From IMG/VR virus record IMGVR_UViG_2703718791_000016: a stretch of 7,633 nt of DNA. One strand, 5' to 3'. This stretch comes from a virus (lineage: Duplodnaviria; Heunggongvirae; Uroviricota; Caudoviricetes). A program made the translations under genes and the position numbers. Positions 1-7,044 of the stretch are shown piece by piece (the stretch's first letter is position 1; each line of letters opens with the position of its first letter). The notes beneath the pieces were generated by a model that saw only the letters and a program-made list of their open reading frames with translations, was not told where the DNA came from and did no database searches.

Positions 1-1218
1 CGATGATGCCCCCGCGTTTAGCGCCACTCCTCCCGCATGGCGCAAAATCGCCGTTGCCAGACGGTCGGAAATAATCCCGCGGCGTGCCCAGGCGCTGAAA
101 TGGCTCGCCCTGTCCTGTGACGTCCAGGTGGCTGAGCTGTCACGCCATTTCGAACCGTAATATCCGATACCCGGAATGTCCGGGTCTTCTTCCGGTTTGT
201 TCGTCGGCACATTCACCCCGTTCTCATCCGTCATGAACGGTACGAAATGGATATTCTTTTCCGTTTTGTTTTTGTAGCTGCCGTACACCGTCTGGTACGA
301 GGATTCGTTCTTCTGCTTCCAGAAATACGTCGTGTCCCCGCATATCCAGGGAACACCGTCAGCAGATCCACCGACGCACTGACCTGCCATATCCGCCAGG
401 TCTGCACGGAATTTATCAACCAGCGCACCAAACTGTGCTGCGTGATTTGCCGGCGTACCGCCAAAATCAAATTCCCCCTGCATCCACACCACGGCAAGCA
501 GCACATTTTTCGGGTTCTTCTTCAGTGCTGCTTTTGTTCGACCGATAAGGTCCTTATACAGCGGCTTGTCCACACCCCAGCGGGTTGAATTCTCCGAAGC
601 ACCACTCGCGTCACTGTATGTGCCATCAGCTCCGGTGGTGAACGCTGAACCACCACGACAGCACGGAACCAGCAGAATGCCCGCATTCGCCGGTATAAAC
701 GGCAGCAGTTTTTTGGCGATATGCAGCCCCTGCCCCACGGTTCCGTACTGCCCCTTTGACAGGTCCGCTTTCGGATGGTTAAGGCGGCTCATGTCCTGCA
801 CATCATGCAGACAATGGTCCGCCGGAATGATGTCGTTATATTTGCATGCTGCACCGCCCGGTGTCACCGTACTGCGGCGCGCCAGCTGCTTAATACGCGG
901 GTCCGGACGGTCATATGTCTCCGGCAGCGGAAGGCCTTCACCATATGCCATGCTGTTTGACTGCCCCGCCAGAACCACAACAAAGTAATACTCCGGGTCT
1001 CTGGTGGCGCTGATTACTGTGCCTTCTCCATCCGACGGCTTCACCAACACAGGTGTGGTGACATCACCTTCCGCCGCAATGGCCTGCATCAGAGTATAAG
1101 GCGTGATGGCCACCGGGCTGCCAAATGGCTGCCACCCCTCCTTCAGTTTTTGTGTCAGCTTTTCCGCAAGATCTGACGGCGACGCCGCCCTGACCACATC
1201 GTAGTGTTTAAATACCAT
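1..1218 (-). CDS. nanS: Prophage NanS-p-type sialate (9-O-acetyl-Neu5Ac) esterase, YjhS/SGNH family; N-terminal ~406 codons, 3' end beyond window start
   Basis: Minus-strand frame is open from ATG at 1216-1218 (alternative in-frame ATG at 1234-1236) to position 1 with no stop. It is absent from the ORF track only because the window edge truncates it. Translation starts MVFKHYDVVRAASPSDLAEKLTQKLKEGWQPFGSPVAI and contains the SGNH-hydrolase block I motif VVVLAGQSNSMAYGEG. Identity as the stx-adjacent NanS-p family is from memory of that family, not a search. Confidence 0.8.
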   Translation of the reverse strand, partial: MVFKHYDVVRAASPSDLAEKLTQKLKEGWQPFGSPVAITPYTLMQAIAAEGDVTTPVLVKPSDGEGTVISATRDPEYYFVVVLAGQSNSMAYGEGLPLPETYDRPDPRIKQLARRSTVTPGGAACKYNDIIPADHCLHDVQDMSRLNHPKADLSKGQYGTVGQGLHIAKKLLPFIPANAGILLVPCCRGGSAFTTGADGTYSDASGASENSTRWGVDKPLYKDLIGRTKAALKKNPKNVLLAVVWMQGEFDFGGTPANHAAQFGALVDKFRADLADMAGQCVGGSADGVPWICGDTTYFWKQKNESSYQTVYGSYKNKTEKNIHFVPFMTDENGVNVPTNKPEEDPDIPGIGYYGSKWRDSSATWTSQDRASHFSAWARRGIISDRLATAILRHAGGVALNAGASS

Positions 1219-2441
1219 GACCTTTTCCACCATATAAAGGAACAATAAATTCTTTTCTGATAGAGATTTAAATAAAAATACATTATTTTACAAAAAAAAT
1301 AATATCCATTACAAAAACATCCGATTTTTTTATATTCCCGCTCATCCTGCTAATTTGTATTACAAAAAAATGAAACAACTTGAACCAAAGTGATACAAAA
1401 TTAGAAAAGAAAACCCCAGGAAGACAAAGAAGACGATCTTTTTCAATGAGTTACACTGATTTATTGACTATGATTTTTAGCAAAACAATCGAAAGCAATG
1501 TGTACCGAGAAGGTTAAAAGATGGAATGGATAGTTATTGACACAGTGATATGCCCATCAAGCGGAATAACGTTTTCAACTGTATGGTGTAAAATAAAGTT
1601 GATAATCTGGTATCAGTCAGATGTGTTCCTGCCACCCGGAAGTATTCTCACACCTGTTAACTCAGGTGTGATTATGGATAATAAGCTGCTTCCATTAACC
1701 ATTTACAACGTGACACCATTTAACAGAAAATTCTGGTTCCTTATCAGAAATCAAAAAGAGTGCCCCGGGAATTCAGTTAAAACAAAAATAAAATGCCATA
1801 ATAGTATGTGTGTACTGATGATATGCCCGTATGGATTATATAAGTAACAACATATGAATACATAACAGATAAACTATTGACCTTGAGGCTCATCCATATA
1901 AAGAAGAGCTCTCCGAAGAGGTGTGTATTTGCATGCACATTCCTTTTTTGCTCTATGTCATGACCTCCGGCGACTCTATCCCGGCACCAGCAAACCCGCA
2001 TCATTCTCGTTTCCGGTGTCTCTAAAACCACAGCACACCTGCCCCCCCGCTGAGGGAGGGAAGCACTGTATCCGTACACTCAGCAACAGAAATACCACCT
2101 GCTCACTGCGCTACATATCAGCAACAATTTTATACCCGAACATTATCATTCAACAGCATGGTTCACAACAACATCATAACCCAGGAAACGAGAATCAGAT
2201 CAAAAAAACAGAAATTTTACATGAAAAATACTTTTTATTAATATTGATAGCGTCGTACCACAAAATACGATGAATTATCCCTGAACTTAACATTAATGCC
2301 AGTATGTATTGCCCGCTGGTATCAGCGGGCGCTTTAAGAGATCGTATTCATGACTACCTGGGAAAAAGCTATTTTACTATTGTCAGTTTTTATTGCAGCC
2401 TTATCTGTCTACTTGCTTCACAGCCTGAACTGACCATATCT
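1219..2441. other. AT-rich, ORF-poor intergenic segment at the canonical late-region cargo (stx/moron) position between the methylase and nanS-p
   Basis: No minus-strand ORF of plausible composition lies between the methylase stop (2442) and the nanS start (1218). The sequence is markedly AT-rich (e.g. 1240-1420, 2150-2300) with repeated TACAAAAA-like motifs (~1288, 1309, 1360, 1393). The only ORFs are short or low-complexity. Confidence 0.6.
2350..2433 (+). CDS. Candidate small hydrophobic peptide (27 aa, MTTWEKAILLLSVFIAALSVYLLHSLN), convergent with and ending 8 nt before the methylase stop
   Basis: ATG at 2350 preceded by TAAGAG (2335-2340) at SD-like spacing. The 17-residue hydrophobic core would fit a single transmembrane helix. 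A GC-rich hairpin gcccgctg-gtat-cagcgggc (2311-2330) sits in the putative leader. Too short for composition statistics, so this is a candidate only. Confidence 0.2.
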   Translation: MTTWEKAILLLSVFIAALSVYLLHSLN

Positions 2442-3518
2442 TTATTCATCCTTCCCGTCATCAATTGAGCATGTAAGGATGTGACTAATCTCCTTAACGG
2501 TCTGCGCAAAACGTTCTGCCTCCAGTTCAACACCAGTTGCACGACGCCCGAGCGCCATAGCTGCTTTTATGGTTGAGCCAGAACCCATGAAAAAATCCGC
2601 CACCAGGTCACCCGGACGACTGCTCGCGCAGATTATCTGCCGCAGCATTTCTGCCGGTTTTTCGCACGGATGTTTCCCTGGATAGTACTGCACCGGTTTA
2701 TGCGTCCACACATCGGTGTACGGCACCTGCACCGTCACACCGAAATACCGCCGCAAATTTTTATATTCACTCAGCAGTTCCATGTACTGTCGGTTCAGCT
2801 CACTGTATGTGCTGACCAGTTGGTAATGGGACTTTTCCAGTTCTCCCCGCTGATGTTTCTCTTCTGCCACCCGGGCAAACAGCGACTGTAATTTCAGATA
2901 ATCGCTTTCGTTCGGTAGCTGCCACTGACTGGCACTGAACCAGTGCGACACCATGTTTTTCTTTCCTGTGGCATCTGCAATCTGTTTTGCTGTTATCCCA
3001 AGAGCAGCACGCGCATCACGAAAGTAAGAAATCAGCGGGGCCATCACATGCTGTTTCAGTGCCCTGCCCTTCGCCTCATCGCCATCATCTTTCGGACGAT
3101 ACGGCCCCTGATAATGTTCCGCGAACAGAATGCGTTCTGTGGCCGGAAAATACGCCCGCAGGCTTTCCTTGTTGCACCCGTTCCAGCGTCCGGACGGCTT
3201 CGCCCAGATAATATGGTTCAGCACATTGAAGCGTTCACGCATCATGATTTCAATGTCAGATGCCAGGCGATGGTCACAGAACAGGTAAAGACTTCCGGCA
3301 GGTTTCAGCACCCGCCAGAACTGCGCCAGACACTGGTCCAGCCACTTCAGGTAATCATCGTCGCCCTTCCACTGGTTATCCCAGCCCTCGGGCTTCACTT
3401 TAAAGTATGGCGGGTCTGTGACTATCAGATCGACAGAGTTTTCCGGTAAGGTCTGGATAAATTCCAGGCAATCAGCGTTGATTAACTCACAACTGGATAT
3501 TTTTACAGTATTAAGCAT
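2442..3518 (-). CDS. Beta-class N6-adenine DNA methyltransferase (N6_N4_Mtase type), apparently orphan
   Basis: 358-aa ORF with DLIVTDPPYF (catalytic motif IV) near the N-terminus and DFFMGSGSTIKAAMALGR (AdoMet-binding motif I, FxGxG) near the C-terminus; this motif order defines the beta class, and DPPY favours N6-adenine over N4-cytosine. No restriction endonuclease candidate is adjacent. Confidence 0.9.
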   Translation of the reverse strand: MLNTVKISSCELINADCLEFIQTLPENSVDLIVTDPPYFKVKPEGWDNQWKGDDDYLKWLDQCLAQFWRVLKPAGSLYLFCDHRLASDIEIMMRERFNVLNHIIWAKPSGRWNGCNKESLRAYFPATERILFAEHYQGPYRPKDDGDEAKGRALKQHVMAPLISYFRDARAALGITAKQIADATGKKNMVSHWFSASQWQLPNESDYLKLQSLFARVAEEKHQRGELEKSHYQLVSTYSELNRQYMELLSEYKNLRRYFGVTVQVPYTDVWTHKPVQYYPGKHPCEKPAEMLRQIICASSRPGDLVADFFMGSGSTIKAAMALGRRATGVELEAERFAQTVKEISHILTCSIDDGKDE

Positions 3519-3550
3519 GGATCATTAAGCCTGTCTCTGATAGGCTCATT

Positions 3551-3570
3551 CTGCTTTTGCGCAAAGCAGT
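3551..3570. promoter_or_regulatory. Inverted repeat CTGCTTT-TGCGCA-AAGCAG, 35-65 bp upstream of the methylase start; candidate operator or RNA hairpin
   Basis: A 7-bp perfect inverted repeat flanking the palindromic hexamer TGCGCA, read directly from the sequence between the 65-aa ORF terminator and the methylase ATG. Confidence 0.3.
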
Positions 3571-3656
3571 GGGCCTGAGGTTTGCTTGTGAACCCAACGC
3601 ATGAGCAGATGGCTGGTAGGTGCCCCTAACACCCACCAGCCGCCCATTTACCACAA

Positions 3657-3682
3657 ATAAAAAAGCCTTCACTGCGGAAGGC
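3657..3682 (-). terminator. Intrinsic terminator (minus strand) overlapping the stop codon of the 65-aa ORF
   Basis: On the minus strand: stem GCCTTC / loop CGCAGT / stem GAAGGC followed by TTTTTTATTTG. Confidence 0.5.
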
Positions 3683-3866
3683 GTCTGTAACAACCGAACT
3701 GATAGTCTGCCAGACCCGCCATAACAAGCTGGGTCAGTATTAACTGGCAGCGTTCGCGTGAAAGGTAAGTATTCTGCGCAATCTCCCCGACTGTCGCCGG
3801 GTCGGTAACGCTTAATTCATTAAACACCACTCTGGCGGTTTCTGTCATATCCTGCTGTTTTAGCAT
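3669..3866 (-). CDS. Small (65 aa) putative winged-helix / HTH DNA-binding protein
   Basis: ATG preceded by AAAGGGAAAAAAGAC (purine-rich SD-like). The segment TVGEIAQNTYLSRERCQLILTQLVMAGLA has a helix-turn-helix-like pattern. It lies between two intrinsic terminators, downstream of Q and upstream of the methylase. Confidence 0.4.
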   Translation of the reverse strand: MLKQQDMTETARVVFNELSVTDPATVGEIAQNTYLSRERCQLILTQLVMAGLADYQFGCYRRLPQ

Positions 3867-3986
3867 GTCTTTTTTCCCTTTTGGTTAACGTGACATACCA
3901 ATAACTCTTGTCCAAAAAGCCAGTAAGCAGAAAGACCGGTATTCGCAACCACCAGCGCATTTAACGCCCCGTGCCGTTTTTCAGTC

Positions 3987-4012
3987 ATAAAAAAACCCGC
4001 AAAAAGCGGGCT
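3987..4012 (-). terminator. tR'-like intrinsic terminator about 80-100 nt downstream of the Q stop codon
   Basis: On the minus strand: AGAGCCCGC-TTTTT-GCGGG followed by TTTTTTTA (5-bp all-GC stem plus a 7-8 T run). The position matches the short terminated late leader transcript that Q-modified RNA polymerase reads through in lambdoid phages. Confidence 0.55.
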
Positions 4013-4089
4013 CTTTCAAATGTCCATGTCTGCTATTCGCCTCGCGGTACAGCTTTGCGAAGCTTACCGGAATTGAAGCAGTTTTTACG

Positions 4090-4656
4090 TCAAAAAGCAA
4101 TAACTTTTTTCTCTATACCAAAAGCCATAACCATTGGTTTGTACAAAATAAATTCTGCCACCTTTAGCCAATGCTCAATGCGTCTTTCACAGGTTCTTAA
4201 ACTCCATTCCGGATGTGCATCATTCAGCAGTTCAGCCATTTTGCGCTTAGTCATCCCCCGCCCCACATAACGCTGACTCAGAACATTGAGCAGCCCGGGA
4301 TAACCTGCCAGTACTTCACCAATAACCCTGTCGATTATTAACGCCTCTGAATCGGTACAATGTGCCAGCCAGCTTTTTTGATTGCCGTTGATCATATCCC
4401 GCAAAAAAGCCTCAAGTTCAGGTTTGTCCAGACCCGCTTTTTTCATCCTCCGGAGCGCCTCGTTAATTGCCGTTTTTGTCAGCTTTTTAGAGGTCAGTAA
4501 TTGGTTGAACATATTTCCCGTCTTACCGTCGCCAATATACGACCAACGCCCCCACATACGCAGTTTCCCCTGGATCCAGACACTTTCCAGCGTTTTCAGG
4601 CGTAAATGCTCACCGCTTTTGCCTGTAATTTCCGGGTATATCATATTTATGCTCAC
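4090..4656 (-). CDS. Q: Late-gene antitermination protein Q, Q21/QuuD-like family
   Basis: Position immediately downstream of rusA (GTGA start/stop overlap; alternative ATG at 4644) and upstream of a tR'-like terminator. The segment LRMWGRWS...NQLLTSKK resembles the WGAW...GLITSK pattern I recall from DLP12 QuuD. Family assignment is from memory. Confidence 0.65.
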   Translation of the reverse strand: MSINMIYPEITGKSGEHLRLKTLESVWIQGKLRMWGRWSYIGDGKTGNMFNQLLTSKKLTKTAINEALRRMKKAGLDKPELEAFLRDMINGNQKSWLAHCTDSEALIIDRVIGEVLAGYPGLLNVLSQRYVGRGMTKRKMAELLNDAHPEWSLRTCERRIEHWLKVAEFILYKPMVMAFGIEKKVIAF

Positions 4657-5012
4657 TCACTTTCAATTTTGTAAATCTTCACGCCCAGCCGCCCACCAGA
4701 AACGAGCTGACCGCGCACAATATTGATTTCATCAAACTGCTCGTCGTCTATGAGAAGTCCGGCATGCGTCAGCGCATCCAGCGGTGCTTTCAGGATATTG
4801 TCCAGATCACGACGGCGCTTATCCGGTGGCTCTGCAATAATCTTTATCGCCAGCCTTCCGGACAGGCTTAATTTCAGCCGCTGCTGGCGAACAATAAGCG
4901 CCACAGCCCGGCGATAACGCTTTCCCTCCTCCGAGATAAAATATGTGCTGCCACGGCGTCGCCAGTAAGTGTTCACCGTCGGCGGGTAAGGTAAAACCAA
5001 ATCTATGAGCAT
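4653..5012 (-). CDS. rusA: Crossover junction endodeoxyribonuclease RusA (Holliday junction resolvase)
   Basis: 119 aa. Conserved RusA features are present: PYPPTVNTYW near the N-terminus and the acidic catalytic residues in RRRDLDN and LIDDEQ. The SD AAGAGGTG sits 6 nt upstream of the ATG. Confidence 0.9.
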   Translation of the reverse strand: MLIDLVLPYPPTVNTYWRRRGSTYFISEEGKRYRRAVALIVRQQRLKLSLSGRLAIKIIAEPPDKRRRDLDNILKAPLDALTHAGLLIDDEQFDEINIVRGQLVSGGRLGVKIYKIESE

Positions 5013-5024
5013 CAGTCACCTCTT

Positions 5025-6074
5025 TTACCCAAGCACGCCAGTTGCAAAGGCGTGATCAAGAAAACGAAAAATTAAATCAACCTGAGAGCCATGCTTTTCT
5101 TCGAACGCCAGCGGATCCGCATGAAGCTCGTTGTGATGCTCCCGACACAGCGGTAGCGTGAAAATATCGTGAGATTTTGTCCCCATTCCGCCCTGACCAT
5201 GACCAATCAGGTGATGGGGATCGTCGGCTGGCTTACCACAACACGCACACGGCTGAGTCTTCACCCAGCGTGTGTATTTCTCGTTAACCCAGCGGCGACG
5301 TTTAGGTCGTTTCATGAAAGATTCCGGAGACTCAGGATCAACGGCAATGCTGACCACCGTCTTTTCCTGTGGTGGGTTCTGTTGCTGGTGGACGTCAGGC
5401 AGTAACGCAATATTTTTTGTGCGCTGCTTCAGTATGCTGGTGGCGGTCTGCTCTCCCGGCACGATGTCGCTTTCACGGTACATTGAGCGGATTTTTTCCG
5501 CACGCACCCCCAGCGAACGACGTAATACCGCTTCCGGTAGCGCGTCCGCCACCTGATTGCGGACCGCCCACCAGGATAATTCAGCCAAAGATAATTCACG
5601 CTCCTGCGTACCGCTTATTGCGTGACCGATGACGTCAATCATCCATGCTGACAGGTTTTGATGAGCAAGTTGCTCGAGTGATTCGGATGTCTGGTCACGC
5701 AGCTGGTTGTCGCAGTGCCAGCACAACACCATTGCGCCGGTACCATAACGGTGAATGACAGTTTCGCTGTGATGATAATCGCCGTGTGGCCACTGGCAGG
5801 ATTTCACGTGACGCAACAGCCAGTCAGACAATGCACCAGCACCACCAGCAGCACGAATCACCCGTGCGTTACTGAAAAACGGCAGCAATGTTTTGTCTTC
5901 CACCAGCGGCTGGCGAACGGCAGGAACGACCCCGGACGGCAGATTACGCATGCTTTTCGGTTCCGGCTCCATCAATACCCGGGTATTGTGGAATACTGGC
6001 ATGGATTCACGGCCCGGCTTAACGATCACCAGCCCGAGTTCCGGTACCAGAACAGGTCGAAGTAATACCCGCAC
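5025..6074 (-). CDS. ydfU: DUF968 / YdfU-like prophage protein with C-terminal HNH-like zinc-binding nuclease motif
   Basis: 349-aa ORF with GTG start preceded by GGAGG. The C-terminal region CACCGKPADDPHHLIGHGQGG...LPLCREHHNELH carries a CxCC...HH...CxxHH arrangement typical of HNH-fold proteins. Length and synteny (upstream of rusA-Q, near rem-hokD) match Qin YdfU as I remember it. Confidence 0.75.
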   Translation of the reverse strand: MRVLLRPVLVPELGLVIVKPGRESMPVFHNTRVLMEPEPKSMRNLPSGVVPAVRQPLVEDKTLLPFFSNARVIRAAGGAGALSDWLLRHVKSCQWPHGDYHHSETVIHRYGTGAMVLCWHCDNQLRDQTSESLEQLAHQNLSAWMIDVIGHAISGTQERELSLAELSWWAVRNQVADALPEAVLRRSLGVRAEKIRSMYRESDIVPGEQTATSILKQRTKNIALLPDVHQQQNPPQEKTVVSIAVDPESPESFMKRPKRRRWVNEKYTRWVKTQPCACCGKPADDPHHLIGHGQGGMGTKSHDIFTLPLCREHHNELHADPLAFEEKHGSQVDLIFRFLDHAFATGVLG

Positions 6075-6075
6075 G

Positions 6076-6354
6076 TTACCTCCAGATGCGTTGCTGGAAT
6101 GTGCGAGACGGACGCGGTGGGCGTTCAGAGTAAGGAAGCCTGACGGAGATTATCCAGTGACGGTAGTCGAGACTAAGGGCTTTCTTAACCTCGTATCCGC
6201 GCCTGCGGTAACACTGAATTATCCATTCAGCCTGCTCTTCAGTACATGGAGGGTGTTGGAACCATTCAGACTTGAATGCGTGAGAATACCGCTCGTGCGT
6301 GCAGGCAAGAACGGGCGAATTATCAGAATTGTAATATTTTACGTTGCGTGCCAT
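6076..6354 (-). CDS. Hypothetical prophage protein (92 aa), translationally coupled to the DUF968 gene
   Basis: ATG at 6354 preceded by GGAGAAAACCG. Its TAA stop lies inside the GGAGG-TAA-c-GTG junction that provides the RBS and start of the downstream DUF968 gene. Protein composition is plausible, but I recognise no motif. Confidence 0.5.
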   Translation of the reverse strand: MARNVKYYNSDNSPVLACTHERYSHAFKSEWFQHPPCTEEQAEWIIQCYRRRGYEVKKALSLDYRHWIISVRLPYSERPPRPSRTFQQRIWR

Positions 6355-6420
6355 CGGTTTTCTCCGGTGGCACGGTGTTACTCAGCGGGAGTTCAGCCCC
6401 GCGCAAGATTGTAGATGAGT

Positions 6421-6672
6421 TTATTCTTCTGCAAAAGCTGAAAAGCCTGCTTTTATTCCGATCTCTTTCAGTGCCTGTAATGAAGTGACAAACTCACCTT
6501 CGCGCAAGATAAATCCGTCTGTCACTCGACCATCCACAAAATTAATTAACGCAGCCCCATTCTTTCGCAAACACATAATGCGGTAATGACTAACAAGATT
6601 TCCATTTTCAACGCACACAGCATAGAGGCCATCTTCACAAAAAATTTTACGCAGTTCTTCGATGTTCATCAT
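6421..6672 (-). CDS. rem: Rem-like small prophage protein (83 aa)
   Basis: ATG-ATG start preceded by GGAAGG. Length (83 aa) and position between the ydfU-like gene and hokD match the Qin-prophage rem locus as I recall it. The symbol rests on synteny and length only, not on a recognised sequence. Confidence 0.45.
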   Translation of the reverse strand: MMNIEELRKIFCEDGLYAVCVENGNLVSHYRIMCLRKNGAALINFVDGRVTDGFILREGEFVTSLQALKEIGIKAGFSAFAEE

Positions 6673-6785
6673 CAGAATCCTTCCGGATAATTAGCTCTCC
6701 CCTTTAAGGGACCATCCCTCTTATCCCTGCGCGCTACTTAAGTATTTTTGATTCTATTCCGGCGCCGTCCAGAACTTCAAACGCG

Positions 6786-6820
6786 TTGAAAATAAAAACA
6801 AAAACCCGCCGAAGCGGGTT
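6786..6820 (-). terminator. Intrinsic terminator of the hok mRNA (minus strand)
   Basis: On the minus strand: AACCCGC-TTCG-GCGGGTT followed by TTTTGTTTTTATTTTC, 70-100 nt downstream of the hok stop. Confidence 0.6.
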
Positions 6821-6888
6821 AAGTGCGGGTGCGTTGAGGATGCCTGCCACATCAGAGGTGGCGAGGGATTTCTCCCTCGCCGGGTCTC

Positions 6889-7044
6889 TTACTCCTCAGG
6901 TTCGTAAGCTGTGAAGACAGCGACCTCCGTCTGGCCGGTTCGGATTCGTACCTCGCAGAGGTCTTTCCTCGTTACCAGTGCCGTCACTATGACGGTTAAA
7001 CAGATGACGATCAGGGCGATTAACATCGCCTTTTGCTGCTTCAT
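6889..7044 (-). CDS. hokD: Hok/Gef-family type I toxin (51 aa), HokD/RelF-like
   Basis: Translation MKQQKAMLIALIVICLTVIVTALVTRKDLCEVRIRTGQTEVAVFTAYEPEE is unmistakably Hok/Gef family (single transmembrane helix, conserved C-terminal periplasmic tail). SD AAGGAGAAG lies 8 nt upstream of the ATG at 7044. The HokD assignment is from memory. Confidence 0.88.
   Translation of the reverse strand: MKQQKAMLIALIVICLTVIVTALVTRKDLCEVRIRTGQTEVAVFTAYEPEE

Noticed and set aside
18-506. Minus-strand ORFs 18-212 and 231-506
   Set aside because: They are out of frame with the continuous minus-strand NanS-p reading frame that carries the SGNH motif, so they are alternative-frame artefacts.
247-988. Plus-strand ORFs 247-588, 566-988 and 775-960
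   Set aside because: They lie entirely antisense to the long uninterrupted minus-strand nanS-p frame and have low-complexity Arg/Cys-rich composition; they are shadow ORFs of a GC-rich coding region.
1777-2273. Minus-strand 100-aa ORF (1777-2079) and plus-strand 116-aa ORF (1923-2273) in the AT-rich slot
   Set aside because: No RBS, and low-complexity composition ending in Tyr/Ile/Phe runs typical of translated AT-rich non-coding DNA. The region is kept as a finding but not called coding.
1219-2441. Shiga toxin stxA/stxB at the canonical position
   Set aside because: There is no ORF of about 315 or 89 codons on the minus strand and no long ORF at all in this interval; stx is absent.
2670-3449. 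Plus-strand ORFs 2670-2891, 2943-3449 and 2987-3211
   Set aside because: They are antisense within the methyltransferase gene, with no RBS and His/Arg/Cys-rich shadow-frame composition.
3520-3660. tRNA genes between Q and the cargo slot (ileZ/argN/argO-like, as in Stx phages)
   Set aside because: I found no cloverleaf-compatible segment and no GTTCGAATC-type T-loop in 3520-3660 or 1219-2441. The only T-loop-like string, ggttcggattcg near 6948-6959, lies inside the hok coding sequence. A tRNAscan run would be decisive.
3511-3693. Minus-strand 60-aa ORF spanning the terminator and the methylase start
   Set aside because: It overlaps the methylase initiation codon and the intrinsic terminator at 3657-3682, and its composition (Ala/Arg/Gly/Ser-rich) looks non-coding.
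4382-5019. ORFs 4382-4726 (+), 4723-4917 (+), 4819-5019 (-) and 3971-4270 (+)
   Set aside because: They overlap the well-supported Q and rusA genes in other frames or antisense, and lack RBS and family motifs.
5169-6488. Plus-strand ORFs 5169-5405, 5272-5556, 5369-5632, 5715-6065, 5893-6414 and 6276-6488
   Set aside because: They are antisense shadows of the DUF968, 92-aa and rem-like genes, with Arg/Cys/Trp-rich composition typical of the reverse frame of GC-rich coding DNA.
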